A DNA stretch of 64,000 bases from Kiritimatiellia bacterium (GCA_017450695.1 JAFSTA010000109.1:8301-72300); one strand, 5' to 3'; positions 19,067 to 28,818 are shown, numbered from the stretch's first letter. A program made the numbers and translations. The notes: a model not told the origin generated them from the letters alone.

Positions 19067-21316
19067 ATGATGAATCGTTACACCGTTTCGGGACTACACT
19101 GCGCAGGTTGTTGCTCTCGAGTCGAACAGGCGGTTTCGGCTGTTTCCGGCGTCACATCTTGTTCCGTCAATTTGCTGACCCGTTCCATGGTTGTGACCGG
19201 GACCGCGCACGCAGACCTGGTTGTCAAGGCCGTTCGCGCAGCCGGCTTCGATGCCGCGCCGCTGCACGATGACCTCGACTCCTCGTCTGCATCCCGCGTC
19301 GATCTCCTCCGCGACAGGGAGACACCCGCCTTGGAGCGACGGCTCTTCTGGTCGCTCCTTTTCCTCTCTCCCCTCCTCTACTTTTCCATGGGGCACGGAA
19401 TGTGGCACTGGCCCGTTCCGCCTTTCCTCCAAAACAATCCGACGGGACTGGGGGTGTTGCAGCTGGCGTTCTCGGCTGTCGTGATGTTCATCAACCGGCG
19501 CTTCTTCCGCAACGGATTCTCCTGGCTTCTTCACCGCGCGCCTAACATGGACACGCTGGTCGCACTCGGATCGGGCGCCGCATTCGTGTACAGCACGGCC
19601 GCGCTCTTTCTGCTTTCGCGGCAGCCGTTGCCGCAGGGTGCCGTCCATCCCGACCTCTATTTCGAATCGGCGGCGATGATCTTGACCTTGATCACGGTCG
19701 GGAAAATGCTGGAGGCGCGTTCCAAGGGCAAGACAACGGATGCGCTGAAGACATTGATGCGGATGATGCCGAAAACCGCCGTTCTGCTACGCGACGGCGT
19801 GGAAACGGTCGTACCCGTGGAGGTGGTGCAGAAGGGTGACCGCTTTGTCGTTCGTCCCGGCGAGACAATCCCGGTGGATGGACAGGTCGTGGACGGCATG
19901 AGCGCGGTGAACGAATCCGCCCTGACCGGCGAGAGCATCCCGGTGGACAAGCAGCCGGGGAATGCGGTCACTTCCGGCACGTCCAACCTGTCCGGCTTTC
20001 TCACATGCGAAGCAACGCGCGTCGGGCAGGACACGACACTCGCGCAGATCATCCGAATGGTCGGGGACGCGACGGCAACCAAAGCGCCCATCGCGCGCAT
20101 CGCCGATCGCGTTTCGGCTGTCTTCGTTCCGGTCATCATCGGGATCGCGCTGGTCACGGTGGCCGCATGGTGGTTGGCGGGCGCGGAGTTCGGGTTCGCC
20201 TTGGCGCGCGGCATCTCCGTCCTGGTCATCAGTTGCCCGTGCGCACTCGGATTGGCAACGCCCGTGGCGATCATGGTCGGGAGCGGAGTCGGCGCACGGA
20301 ACGGAATCCTCTTCAAGACCTCGGCGGCGCTGGAGATGGCGGGCCGCACACGGGTCGTCGCGCTGGACAAGACGGGAACCGTCACGCAGGGGAATCCGCA
20401 CGTGACGGACATTGTGCCAGCCACAGGGGTTTCGGAGGAGGAGCTGCTGAGGTGCGCCTTCTCTCTCGAACGGAAGAGCGAACACCCGCTGGCCCTTGCC
20501 GTTGTTCGGGAGGGGGAACGGAAGGGACTTCCCCCCGCCCCCGTTGATTCATTCCGGGCGGTTTCGGGAAACGGTTTGCAGGCGGAACATGACAGCGAGA
20601 CGTGGGCTGGAGGCAATCTCTCTTTCATTCAGCGTTTCTGCACCGTACCCGAACGCGAAAGACGCGCCGCTGAAGCGTTGGCGGACGAAGGCAAAACGCC
20701 CCTGTTCTTTTCCCGCGGCGGCAGCTTCCTGGGAACGGTTTTTGTCGCCGACATCGTGAAAGAGACGAGCCGTCGCGCCATTGCGGAGCTTCGCGAACTG
20801 GGTGTCCGCGTGGTGATGCTGACCGGCGACAACCAGCGGACGGCGGACGCCATCGGACGTCAGGTAGGCGTGGAGCGCGTGTTCGCGGGGGTGTTGCCGG
20901 ACGACAAGGCCACCCTCGTGCGGCAACTCCAGACGGAAGGGGCGGTTGCGATGGTGGGCGACGGGATCAACGACGCCCCCGCGCTGGCGCAAGCGGAAAC
21001 GGGAATCGCGATTGGCGCGGGTACGGATGTCGCGATCGACGCAGCCGATGTCGTGCTGATCAAGAGCGACCTGCTCGATGTCCCCACCGCCATCCGACTG
21101 AGCCTCGCGACGCTTCGCAACATCCGCCAAAATCTCTTCTGGGCGTTTTTCTACAACGTGCTCGGAATTCCCTTGGCGGCCGGCGTTCTCACCCCCTTGA
21201 CCGGATACAGCCTAAGCCCGATGTTCGCCGCGACCGCCATGAGCCTGTCCAGTTTCTGCGTGGTGTCGAACGCCCTACGGCTCAACCTCTTTGCCTCGCC
21301 ACCTCAGACGACTTGA
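19067..21316 (+). CDS. copA: Copper-translocating P1B-type ATPase
   Basis: 749 aa. N-terminal HMA domain with CAGC. CPC in TM6 (ISCPCALGLATP). DKTGT phosphorylation site. GDGINDAPAL hinge. Confidence 0.95.
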   Translation: MMNRYTVSGLHCAGCCSRVEQAVSAVSGVTSCSVNLLTRSMVVTGTAHADLVVKAVRAAGFDAAPLHDDLDSSSASRVDLLRDRETPALERRLFWSLLFLSPLLYFSMGHGMWHWPVPPFLQNNPTGLGVLQLAFSAVVMFINRRFFRNGFSWLLHRAPNMDTLVALGSGAAFVYSTAALFLLSRQPLPQGAVHPDLYFESAAMILTLITVGKMLEARSKGKTTDALKTLMRMMPKTAVLLRDGVETVVPVEVVQKGDRFVVRPGETIPVDGQVVDGMSAVNESALTGESIPVDKQPGNAVTSGTSNLSGFLTCEATRVGQDTTLAQIIRMVGDATATKAPIARIADRVSAVFVPVIIGIALVTVAAWWLAGAEFGFALARGISVLVISCPCALGLATPVAIMVGSGVGARNGILFKTSAALEMAGRTRVVALDKTGTVTQGNPHVTDIVPATGVSEEELLRCAFSLERKSEHPLALAVVREGERKGLPPAPVDSFRAVSGNGLQAEHDSETWAGGNLSFIQRFCTVPERERRAAEALADEGKTPLFFSRGGSFLGTVFVADIVKETSRRAIAELRELGVRVVMLTGDNQRTADAIGRQVGVERVFAGVLPDDKATLVRQLQTEGAVAMVGDGINDAPALAQAETGIAIGAGTDVAIDAADVVLIKSDLLDVPTAIRLSLATLRNIRQNLFWAFFYNVLGIPLAAGVLTPLTGYSLSPMFAATAMSLSSFCVVSNALRLNLFASPPQTT

Positions 21317-21349
21317 AGGAAACCACGAAACATACGGAACAATCATCCA

Positions 21350-22741
21350 AAATTCCCCTGTTGGGATGTGGTTGAGTGGTTAGGTAGTTAGGTGGTTGGA
21401 GGCGCTACGCGCCAGCTGAGAAGCTGAGATGCTGAGAAGCTGGGTAAGCGCACCAGCTGGAAAAGCCGGGTAAGCGTGTTAAACTGAGAAAGCCCTCCGT
21501 CCGTTTTCGTGCGGGAATGGAAACGGGGACAACTTCTCCGATTGTTCACAATTGGCACAATTGTCATCATTGCCACAAATACAAATTGAAATGGCATCGT
21601 CACCCGTGACATTGTTGGCATTTGTGAACAATGAAGTTATAGACGAGGCAGGGAAACAACAGGGACAACTCAGAACACAACTGAAAATGGACGGCACGCA
21701 ACCGCGAGCCGGAAACGAACCGTCGCGCAGTTGCGCGGCGACCGCCGGAGAGTTGGCTCTCCGTTGTCTCTGTTGTTGTCCTTTCCCCCAAAGTTCCTTT
21801 CGCTGTTTCGCGGCAGTCCTCAAGGATCCGCGCTTCTGCGTGAGGGAAGTTTGTCTGTCTCGCGCGGAGAACGGGAGAGGCAACGTCCCCGTTGCCCCTC
21901 CCCCGCTCTCCGCGTGAAGGAAAAGAGACGCGCCCGTCGCCTGTCGATTGTCCGCCACGCAGACCGGGAGGGACGCGCCCCGTCGCGTCCGCACCGGTCC
22001 TGCCGCTTCCCCGAATGTCCCGCGCAGAACTGCTGTGTTACAATTGGTTGCCGGCAGTTCGGGAGACTTGGAGAGCTGCCCCCTCGCCTCCGAAACTCCG
22101 AGACTCCCCGCAGCGAAAGCAAGGTCAGTCCCGCCGAAACGGTCGCGACGGGGCGCGACCCTCCCGAATCCAGTTTCGGGCCGATTTGCGTTCCGGCGGG
22201 AGACGCGCTTGTCGCGTCCGCTTGGCGCCTGGACGCCCGACCCTCGACACCCGATATGCGAGCCGAAACGGTCGCGACGGGGCGCGACCCAAGTTGGGCA
22301 ACGGGGACGTTGCCCCTCCCGCTCTCCGCGGCTCCGCGGCTCCGCGTGAGCAAACTTACCCGGTTCGACGGCGTGGGCGCCGTCGCTACGCAAACGGTCG
22401 CGACGGGGCGCTTTACTTTGGTGAGCCAATTGCAAAACCTCCCGCCTATCGATTGTTCAACCACGGAACACACGGAATACACGGAAAAATCGTGTGTTTC
22501 GCAACCCTGCTATTCAGTGTGTTCCGTGTATTCCGTGGTTTTGAAATTACCTCAGGTGGTTGAGTGGTGGGAGGCGCTACGCGCCAGCTGAGAAGCGGGA
22601 AGCTGAGAAGAGGGGATAGAAGGGATGAGCCGCAGAGGGCGGGAGGGGCGCGCCCCGTCGCGACCGTAATGCTTAACCAGCCTGACACGCTTACCCGGCT
22701 TTCCCCGCTTACCCGGCTGAACACGCTTTACCAGTAGCCTT
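21350..22741. repeat. 1.4-kb gene-free array of REP/BIME-like palindromic elements
   Basis: Contains at least 5 copies of GGTCGCG-n6-CGCGACC hairpins (e.g. 21961-21985, 22141-22165, 22263-22285, 22391-22412, 22640-22662). Also contains GGCAACG-TCCCC-GTTGCC hairpins (21878-21905, 22300-22325), GTGGTTGAGTGGTTAGG / GAGGCGCTACGCGCCAGCTGAGAAGC end modules (21361-21425, 22553-22600) and an AACCACGGAACACACGGAATACACGG inverted pair (22459-22541). Confidence 0.8.
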
Positions 22742-25465
22742 CTAATGACTCCCGCTTGACGTTGTTTTGTCGGAGAAAAAAAGGGGGTTGCCAGAGAAGA
22801 GGAGGTCGTGCAGCAAACCTACGGTTGGCGTCTCGCCGTTCACGCCATCGCCCAAGGTCGGCGAACAGTTGCCATAAATCCGCACAGGGAAAACCGGTGT
22901 CTCGCCTTGGAGGATACCATCCACATAGAGACGTAGGGAACGGCAGTCGTTCACCAACCGCAATCGACTCTTGACGTGTGGACGGAGCGGCACTTTTGAC
23001 GCCACCGCATACCGGAACGCGCCCGTTTGATTCTTTGCGCCGCCGGAAAAGATTCCCTCCACGCGACCGTCGGCGAGAATCCTGAGCGACGGCCCCTCGT
23101 TCCAGCCGCCGGGCGTGAGCAGATCGTGGTCGTTTCCGTCGAAGGAATTGGGCGTGAACGCGCAGGTGAGCGCGAAAGGTCCCATCGGATAGCGGCGCAC
23201 GGGAAGCTTGGGACGGTTCATCGGAGTCCCTTCAAAGGATTCGCGTACGGTACGGAGCACGAACGGTGAAACCCGTGTCCTCACCACGCGGTTGGAAGAG
23301 ATCGGCCATTCCTTCTGCGGGGTGAGGAACGCGGACTCTCCCGGTACGCCCGATGCGCAGCTTTGGGTATCGAGCGTCACGGGTGTCTCCAAAATGTCCA
23401 TCTCGACGGGTATGGTGTCGTGTGCGAATGGATGTATCACACGCGACTTGGCGAATGTGCCGTCCTCGCATTCGAATTCGACCCAAAACGCATCGCCCGC
23501 ATCTGGTTCCCGTGCGTATGCGCGCAAACGGAAGGTCCCCTCGCGTGTGCCGAGAGGCGGCAGGTCGCGCAAGGTGCAGTCGGGTGACAGGTATATCCGT
23601 CCGCTTTTCAGCTTGATTTCACCGCCCGTCTCCAGAATATCCCGCGGCGTGAATATCCGTTCCTCTCCGGCGCTGCGGAAGGTCAGTTCGGCATCCGGAA
23701 GCGCTTCCACCCGTGCGGTGAGTCGCATCCATCCGGGGGTGCGGAAGGAACGTACTTCCTGCGCGTTCCAGCTGAAATCGCGCGCCCCGTTGCGCTCGAA
23801 ACTCTTGACGGCATAGTTCACGCGACTACCGCGCCCTGCCAAAAGGCTCACCTCGTGTTGTCCGTTCCAGGCGAGCGTCAATACGGCATTGGTGTCATGC
23901 GCGAAACAAGTGACGGGCCGTTCGTTACGGTAGAGGATTGCGCGTTTCACCGCTACCGGCGACGAGAAGAAACAGGTGGAGGAAAGAATCCCGTTCGCAT
24001 ACGCCACGGAGAGGGTGTTCGTGAAATTGCGTCGATCGCGGATCGAAACACGCACGGTTTCCGGGTTGGCGAGATACGGGGAGACGAAAAAGAACGGCGG
24101 CAGTTCGGCTCGACGTGTCCCGCGTTCCGTCTTCACCTCGAACGTCGGAACCAGGTGATCCGAAACGCAGAGGGAGGCGGAGGGGACAAGCCATTCCACT
24201 CGCGCCCACTCCTCTGGCGGGAAGACTTTCGCGGGCAGTTCGGCTACGACCGTTCCGAAGGCATCGCGCAGCCATCCCGTCACACGGCAGGGTCCTTTCT
24301 CCGCGCTGGGAATACGCAATGCCTCGAAGCGTAACAGCGTGCCCGGCAACGTTTCTCGAAAGTAGGCGAACAGGACGTCTGTTTCTCCGACGGGTGGCAA
24401 ACCCCTGAACGAATGTGACATCGCCGGAAGAAGCGAACGAAAACCCGTCGCGAGGCGGTGCGGTTGTAGCGTGGTCTCATCATGGTCATTCCATGTTGTG
24501 AGATGAAGCCACTGCGGATGAGATTCTCGCCCGGTCAAATATCGATCCAGCATCGTGTCGAATCCCCGGATCGGCTGGTAAAAGCTATTGCGCCCGTTCA
24601 ACCAGGCACCGTAGTACCCGGGCCAGACGCAGGGCAGGAAGAGTTTACCGTGTGCCGCGCTCCAAGCCGCCGCGGAACGGATGTCAGAGACCACACTCCC
24701 GCCGCCCATGCCCATGATGCTGAAATGGTAAATGCCTTCCAGCACACCGGCGTAGGCGTCCAGTTTCTTGTCGCTGTGGCGCGAGAAACCGGTCTCCACG
24801 TTTGCGATCAGGTGAAGCGGGAATCCCGCTTTCGAACATGTATCGCGGATGGTGTGCCACTCGTCCGGCGTCCAGGCGAAAAACGTGTAGGCGTTGACCA
24901 CATACTTCTCTCCCCAGCGGGGATAATTCGGATGGCCGCCGTAGGTGGAGAGCATCCGGACGAGTTCCTTCGCTTGTTGCATCGCGTCGGTCTTTACGTC
25001 GAGGCAGATTCCGAAGTGGAAGTCCGTTCCTTCTGCCGCCTTCAGGAAAGGACGCAGATCCCAGAACGCCGTGGTGGAACCGGCGTGTGCGACCATGTCG
25101 TTGAAAAAACCGTCCACGCCCAGCGCGATGGCGCGGCGTACCTCCTCGCGAAGGGGATCGGCACCGGCGTCGTGCTGGGGAAAGTCATAGTACCGATCCG
25201 GCATTTGTGAAACAAGATCCGGCGTGAACCACGGCACATAATGCGCCCACACCATCTTCCGTCCCGAAACGTCGGCCGCAGATACGGTCAGCGCAAGCAG
25301 TGCGGCGATGCCTGTCAACCAAAGCGTGTTAGGCCGGGTAAGCCGGATAGGCGTGTTGAGCTGGTTAAGCATGTTGGGCATATTAAGCTGGTTGAGCATG
25401 TTAAACAAAATGGACGCGACGAAGCACGACCCGTTCTCTGCGGCGTATTTCTTCGATCCCGTCAA
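22742..25465 (-). CDS. Secreted putative glycoside hydrolase (TIM-barrel, GH99/GH71-like region) with C-terminal LamG/concanavalin-like domain
   Basis: 907-aa ORF. The true start is probably the internal ATG 25372 (MLNQLNTPIRLTRPNTLWLTGIAALLALTVSA signal peptide). The N-terminus is encoded by repeat DNA. The catalytic-domain call is tentative (VWAHYVPWF..., WNDHDETT). Confidence 0.5.
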   Translation of the reverse strand: MTGSKKYAAENGSCFVASILFNMLNQLNMPNMLNQLNTPIRLTRPNTLWLTGIAALLALTVSAADVSGRKMVWAHYVPWFTPDLVSQMPDRYYDFPQHDAGADPLREEVRRAIALGVDGFFNDMVAHAGSTTAFWDLRPFLKAAEGTDFHFGICLDVKTDAMQQAKELVRMLSTYGGHPNYPRWGEKYVVNAYTFFAWTPDEWHTIRDTCSKAGFPLHLIANVETGFSRHSDKKLDAYAGVLEGIYHFSIMGMGGGSVVSDIRSAAAWSAAHGKLFLPCVWPGYYGAWLNGRNSFYQPIRGFDTMLDRYLTGRESHPQWLHLTTWNDHDETTLQPHRLATGFRSLLPAMSHSFRGLPPVGETDVLFAYFRETLPGTLLRFEALRIPSAEKGPCRVTGWLRDAFGTVVAELPAKVFPPEEWARVEWLVPSASLCVSDHLVPTFEVKTERGTRRAELPPFFFVSPYLANPETVRVSIRDRRNFTNTLSVAYANGILSSTCFFSSPVAVKRAILYRNERPVTCFAHDTNAVLTLAWNGQHEVSLLAGRGSRVNYAVKSFERNGARDFSWNAQEVRSFRTPGWMRLTARVEALPDAELTFRSAGEERIFTPRDILETGGEIKLKSGRIYLSPDCTLRDLPPLGTREGTFRLRAYAREPDAGDAFWVEFECEDGTFAKSRVIHPFAHDTIPVEMDILETPVTLDTQSCASGVPGESAFLTPQKEWPISSNRVVRTRVSPFVLRTVRESFEGTPMNRPKLPVRRYPMGPFALTCAFTPNSFDGNDHDLLTPGGWNEGPSLRILADGRVEGIFSGGAKNQTGAFRYAVASKVPLRPHVKSRLRLVNDCRSLRLYVDGILQGETPVFPVRIYGNCSPTLGDGVNGETPTVGLLHDLLFSGNPLFFSDKTTSSGSH

Positions 25466-25560
25466 TCCCTTTTATCCCATCCTCTCGGCTGGCGCGTAGC
25501 GCCTCCAACCGCCCAACTACCTAACCACCCAACCTGGAACCTATAGGCCAGCGCGACCAT
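25300..25560. repeat. Repeat module (TAAGCCGG/TTAAGC tandem motifs plus an inverted copy of the GGCGCGTAGCGCCTCCAACC...CCAACTACCTAACCACCCAACC end module)
   Basis: Inverted orientation relative to the copies at 21361-21425 and 22553-22600. Together they bracket the GH gene. Confidence 0.7.
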
Positions 25561-25592
25561 CCTGTTCCCAGAACCGGCAACCGGATCAAAGG

Positions 25593-26984
25593 TTAACGGG
25601 CGGCGCGGGGACGCGCTTCGAGGATATTGCCGGGAAGCCGGACGATCTCCGTACCGAACACGTCCGAGAGGGTGGAAAGCACCTTCTGGATGTCGTCGGC
25701 GTCCTGGTTGCTGGCGGGACGAGGCAGCCCGTTCACCGACAAGTCCTTCGCGAAGTGCAGCTCGATCGGGAACATCGTCACCCGCGTGACCTTGCCGTTC
25801 ACGATCTCGATCTTCGGGATGACCGAGAGGAAGTTCGCGCGGTCCGTTTGCAGTCCTTTCTTGCCGCCTTGCGAACGCGCGTTGTGCGCGACCTTGGCGG
25901 TCGAGTCGAGCGGCACACCGTACTGTTCGCAGAAGTCTGGCGGCACGCTGGGCGTGACGCTGTTCTGGAAGACGAAGTCGCCGAGCGAGTAGAAGATGGG
26001 GCAACCCTTGTGGAACTCGATTCCCTTCAGCTCGTGCGTCCCGCCGCCGATGACGGCGGAAGCGCCGGAATCGATCGCCGCGCGGCAGAAGTCCATGAAG
26101 TAGTAGTCCGGCTCGCAGTGGCGTGTTGTCAGGATGTCGTGCGAGTGCGCCATCACCACCACGGCGTCAGCCTTCGCGCGGGCCGCGGCAATGTCGGCCT
26201 TGAGGCGGTTCAGGTCATTCGTATTGCACCAGGAGGTGCGTCCCTCCTTCTCGGCCTCCTGGAAAGTGAGTTCGTCGAAGACGAAGGTTCCCGGAGGATC
26301 GGGGGCGATGAAACCGCCCTCCTGCTCCAGCGCGCGCGTCCCGTTGATCATGGTTCCGGCGGCGATTTCCTTCAGCGCGGCCATGTGCGCGGGCGTGACG
26401 AAAAACTTCATCTTCCGGCGAAGCCCGTTCATGCCGGGTCGTCCCGGCGAGAGCTTCGTGGTCAGGCCGGCGCGGGCGTCCGGATGGAATTCGGAATTGA
26501 CGGAGATGAATGCCACGCGGCCGTTGGGCGTGTCGATGAAGGCGGGGGCGGACGCTTCCTGCAGATCCTTGCCCGTCCCGCAGTGCGGGATTCCGGCTTT
26601 GTCGAGCGCGCGGATCGTCATGAACAATCCTTCCGTCGAGTAGTCGAGCGAATGGTTGTTCGCGCACCCGCAGCCGTTAAAGCCGTAGGCGAAGAGGTCG
26701 GGCATGACCTCGGGGCGCATCACGGCCCAGGTGCCGCCACTCCACGCGGCGGGCGGACATGTCCCGTCATTGACCACGCACTCAAAGTTGACGAGGCGCG
26801 CGTCGCCCGAGGCGATCCACGCCTTCATCTCCGGCGCGATCGAGTAGCTTGCGGGAAACCGCTGCACCATAAATGCGTCACCAGCCGAGACAACCGTCAA
26901 TGTGCGGTCCGCTCCCCACGCGCCATTCGCCGCGCAGGCCAAAACGGCGGCGGCGACCGTCTTCAATAGATTCATGTTTTTCAT
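25593..26984 (-). CDS. CapA/PgsA-family (PGA_cap) metallophosphatase-fold protein, secreted
   Basis: Start ATG 26984 (MKNMNLLKTVAAAVLACAANGAWG signal). Motifs NFECVVNDG, ANNHSLDYS..GIPHCG, VVMAHSH, FYSLGDFVF. Confidence 0.8.
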   Translation of the reverse strand: MKNMNLLKTVAAAVLACAANGAWGADRTLTVVSAGDAFMVQRFPASYSIAPEMKAWIASGDARLVNFECVVNDGTCPPAAWSGGTWAVMRPEVMPDLFAYGFNGCGCANNHSLDYSTEGLFMTIRALDKAGIPHCGTGKDLQEASAPAFIDTPNGRVAFISVNSEFHPDARAGLTTKLSPGRPGMNGLRRKMKFFVTPAHMAALKEIAAGTMINGTRALEQEGGFIAPDPPGTFVFDELTFQEAEKEGRTSWCNTNDLNRLKADIAAARAKADAVVVMAHSHDILTTRHCEPDYYFMDFCRAAIDSGASAVIGGGTHELKGIEFHKGCPIFYSLGDFVFQNSVTPSVPPDFCEQYGVPLDSTAKVAHNARSQGGKKGLQTDRANFLSVIPKIEIVNGKVTRVTMFPIELHFAKDLSVNGLPRPASNQDADDIQKVLSTLSDVFGTEIVRLPGNILEARPRAAR

Positions 26985-27246
26985 GAGTGTGAGAATACCA
27001 TATCCCCAAAACGAATACAATCGTGAAGTTGAGGGTGCCGCCAAGTAGGTTAACCACCTTGCGCCTTTATTGTTTCGAAGTTCTGAGCTTGAAGCGAGAC
27101 GTTCGGAGAAGCGACACTCTTGTCGCTTCATTCTGTTCTATTTTCACGTAAAAGCGACAGGAGTGTCGATTCCCCGACTGGGCGACTCTTTGCGCGAGAC
27201 AAATGTACCCTCATTCACATTTCCGAGCAAAGTGCGGAGGGCAGGG

Positions 27247-28275
27247 CTATTCTTGGGTCGAGAGTGGACAAGAGCTGTCGCCTGCCAGATAGTCGCCTGT
27301 CCGGGCGTATGCGCGGGCGCGGCAACCTCCGCACTCGAAGCGGAACCGGCAACGTCCACATGTCGGTCCGTATCCGTTCGGGTCGCGCAAGGCGCGGAAG
27401 ACGGCAGATTCTCCGTATGCCTTTGCGAAATCGTATCCGCTCTGACGGATATCTCCGCAGGGAATGTCCAGGAAACCGCACGGTTGCAAGATTCCTGTGT
27501 GCGACAAAAAGACAAATCCGCGACCGCCCATACATCCCGCCGGATGCTTGCCGGGACGATCTAGGCTTTCCCAAATCCGAACGGCTTGCGGTGCGCACGT
27601 TTCTCGAACGGTGATTGGACCGGCTCGATCCATTTCGAATGCCCAGCGAAGAACCTCTTCCATCTCACGAGCGGGGAGAGCCAAGTCCGCCAATGCCTTT
27701 CCACGTCCCACAGGGACGAGAAAGAAGAGGTCTAACGTCCGCGCGCCGAGCCGGACTGCTTGTTCGCGGATAGCGGGCAATTCCGCCACATTCAATCGCG
27801 AGACGGTGCAGTTGACTTGAAACGGCATTCCGATTTTACGGGCGATTTCCATCGCCCGCGTCACATGCGCGAAAGCCCCCTCCACCCCGCGAAAGGCGTC
27901 ATGCGTCGCGGCAGTCGCGCCATCGAGCGAAAAGCTACATGCCATCACCCCGACGTTCTCCAGAATCTGCATGGTCTTTTCCGTCACCAGCGCGCCACAC
28001 GGAGCCATCACGGAACGCATACCCCGATCCGTTGCCGCGCGAACAAGCAACGAAATGTCGGGACGGCACATCGGCTCTCCCCCCGTCCAGATGATCATCG
28101 GCTGGGAATACGCCGCCAGCGAATCCAGTACGCGCAGGCATTCATCGGTCGTCAACTCGCCTTCATACGCATGGTCGGCAGCACCCGCGCGGCAATGCTT
28201 GCACGACAAGAGACAGCGGCGCGTGACCTCCCACGCCACAATTCGCGGATCACGCCCGTTTCCCTTTTCGGGCAT
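27247..28275 (-). CDS. Radical SAM enzyme with C-terminal SPASM/twitch domain (peptide or cofactor maturase-like)
   Basis: CxxxCxxC (RRCLLSCKHC). GGEP. C-terminal Cys cluster CGRCRFRFECGGC. Start placed at ATG 28275 (MPEKGNG, AGGGG RBS); the ORF track extends to 28374. Confidence 0.75.
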   Translation of the reverse strand: MPEKGNGRDPRIVAWEVTRRCLLSCKHCRAGAADHAYEGELTTDECLRVLDSLAAYSQPMIIWTGGEPMCRPDISLLVRAATDRGMRSVMAPCGALVTEKTMQILENVGVMACSFSLDGATAATHDAFRGVEGAFAHVTRAMEIARKIGMPFQVNCTVSRLNVAELPAIREQAVRLGARTLDLFFLVPVGRGKALADLALPAREMEEVLRWAFEMDRAGPITVRETCAPQAVRIWESLDRPGKHPAGCMGGRGFVFLSHTGILQPCGFLDIPCGDIRQSGYDFAKAYGESAVFRALRDPNGYGPTCGRCRFRFECGGCRARAYARTGDYLAGDSSCPLSTQE

Positions 28276-28318
28276 CCCGCGCACCCCTGGATGCCGATGC
28301 GTGGCTTCTCTCCGCTGT

Positions 28319-28699
28319 TCATTTCCGTTTGGGTTTCGGCTCACGACAATAAATCCCCTCGAAGATTTGCGCACCCTTGTAATACAGAATGCAGTACGGC
28401 ACCTTCTCGCAGTACAGGTACTCCCCGTTCTTGGAGATGTACCGCATTCCGTCCAACGACACGACCTGTCGGCATGTCACGTCCTTTCCGTCGGGGAGAC
28501 GCAGATGCACATATCCCTTCAGTTTGAACTCGATTCCGTTGAACTCTTCCACATGGGGCTTCTCCCCGTACTCCACACGCAACAACTCGTTGTCCATGTT
28601 GATAAACCGAGCCTCACGCGTGACCGTAAAGGAGGTACACCCTGCAACCGCCAGCAGGAAGAGGAACGCAAACGCCCAAATGCCGATCTTGTTGTTCAT
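28319..28699 (-). CDS. Small lipoprotein, 5 Cys, unknown function
   Basis: 126 aa. Signal peptide with lipobox LAVAGC. Lies immediately upstream of, and co-oriented with, the rSAM/SPASM gene. Slightly lower GC than its surroundings. Confidence 0.5.
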   Translation of the reverse strand: MNNKIGIWAFAFLFLLAVAGCTSFTVTREARFINMDNELLRVEYGEKPHVEEFNGIEFKLKGYVHLRLPDGKDVTCRQVVSLDGMRYISKNGEYLYCEKVPYCILYYKGAQIFEGIYCREPKPKRK

Positions 28700-28818
28700 G
28701 CGCCTATCCTACCAAAAATCCCCATTTCTGAAAAGTGTGATCATCGTGTGTCAATGATTCCAAATTGGGTTATTATCCAAGTTTTGACCATTGTCTCACA
28801 TTATGGTATAGTGGGGAC

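Noticed and set aside
21731-22591. ORFs of 130-320 aa inside the 21.3-22.7 kb repeat array
   Set aside because: They are composed of REP hairpins and repeat modules, and are Arg/Pro/Gly-rich. Several overlapping frames are open at once, which marks them as non-coding.
17590-22741. Possible CRISPR array among the dense direct and inverted repeats
   Set aside because: The repeats are heterogeneous palindromes of several families at irregular spacing, without unique spacer units of uniform length. There are no cas genes in the window.
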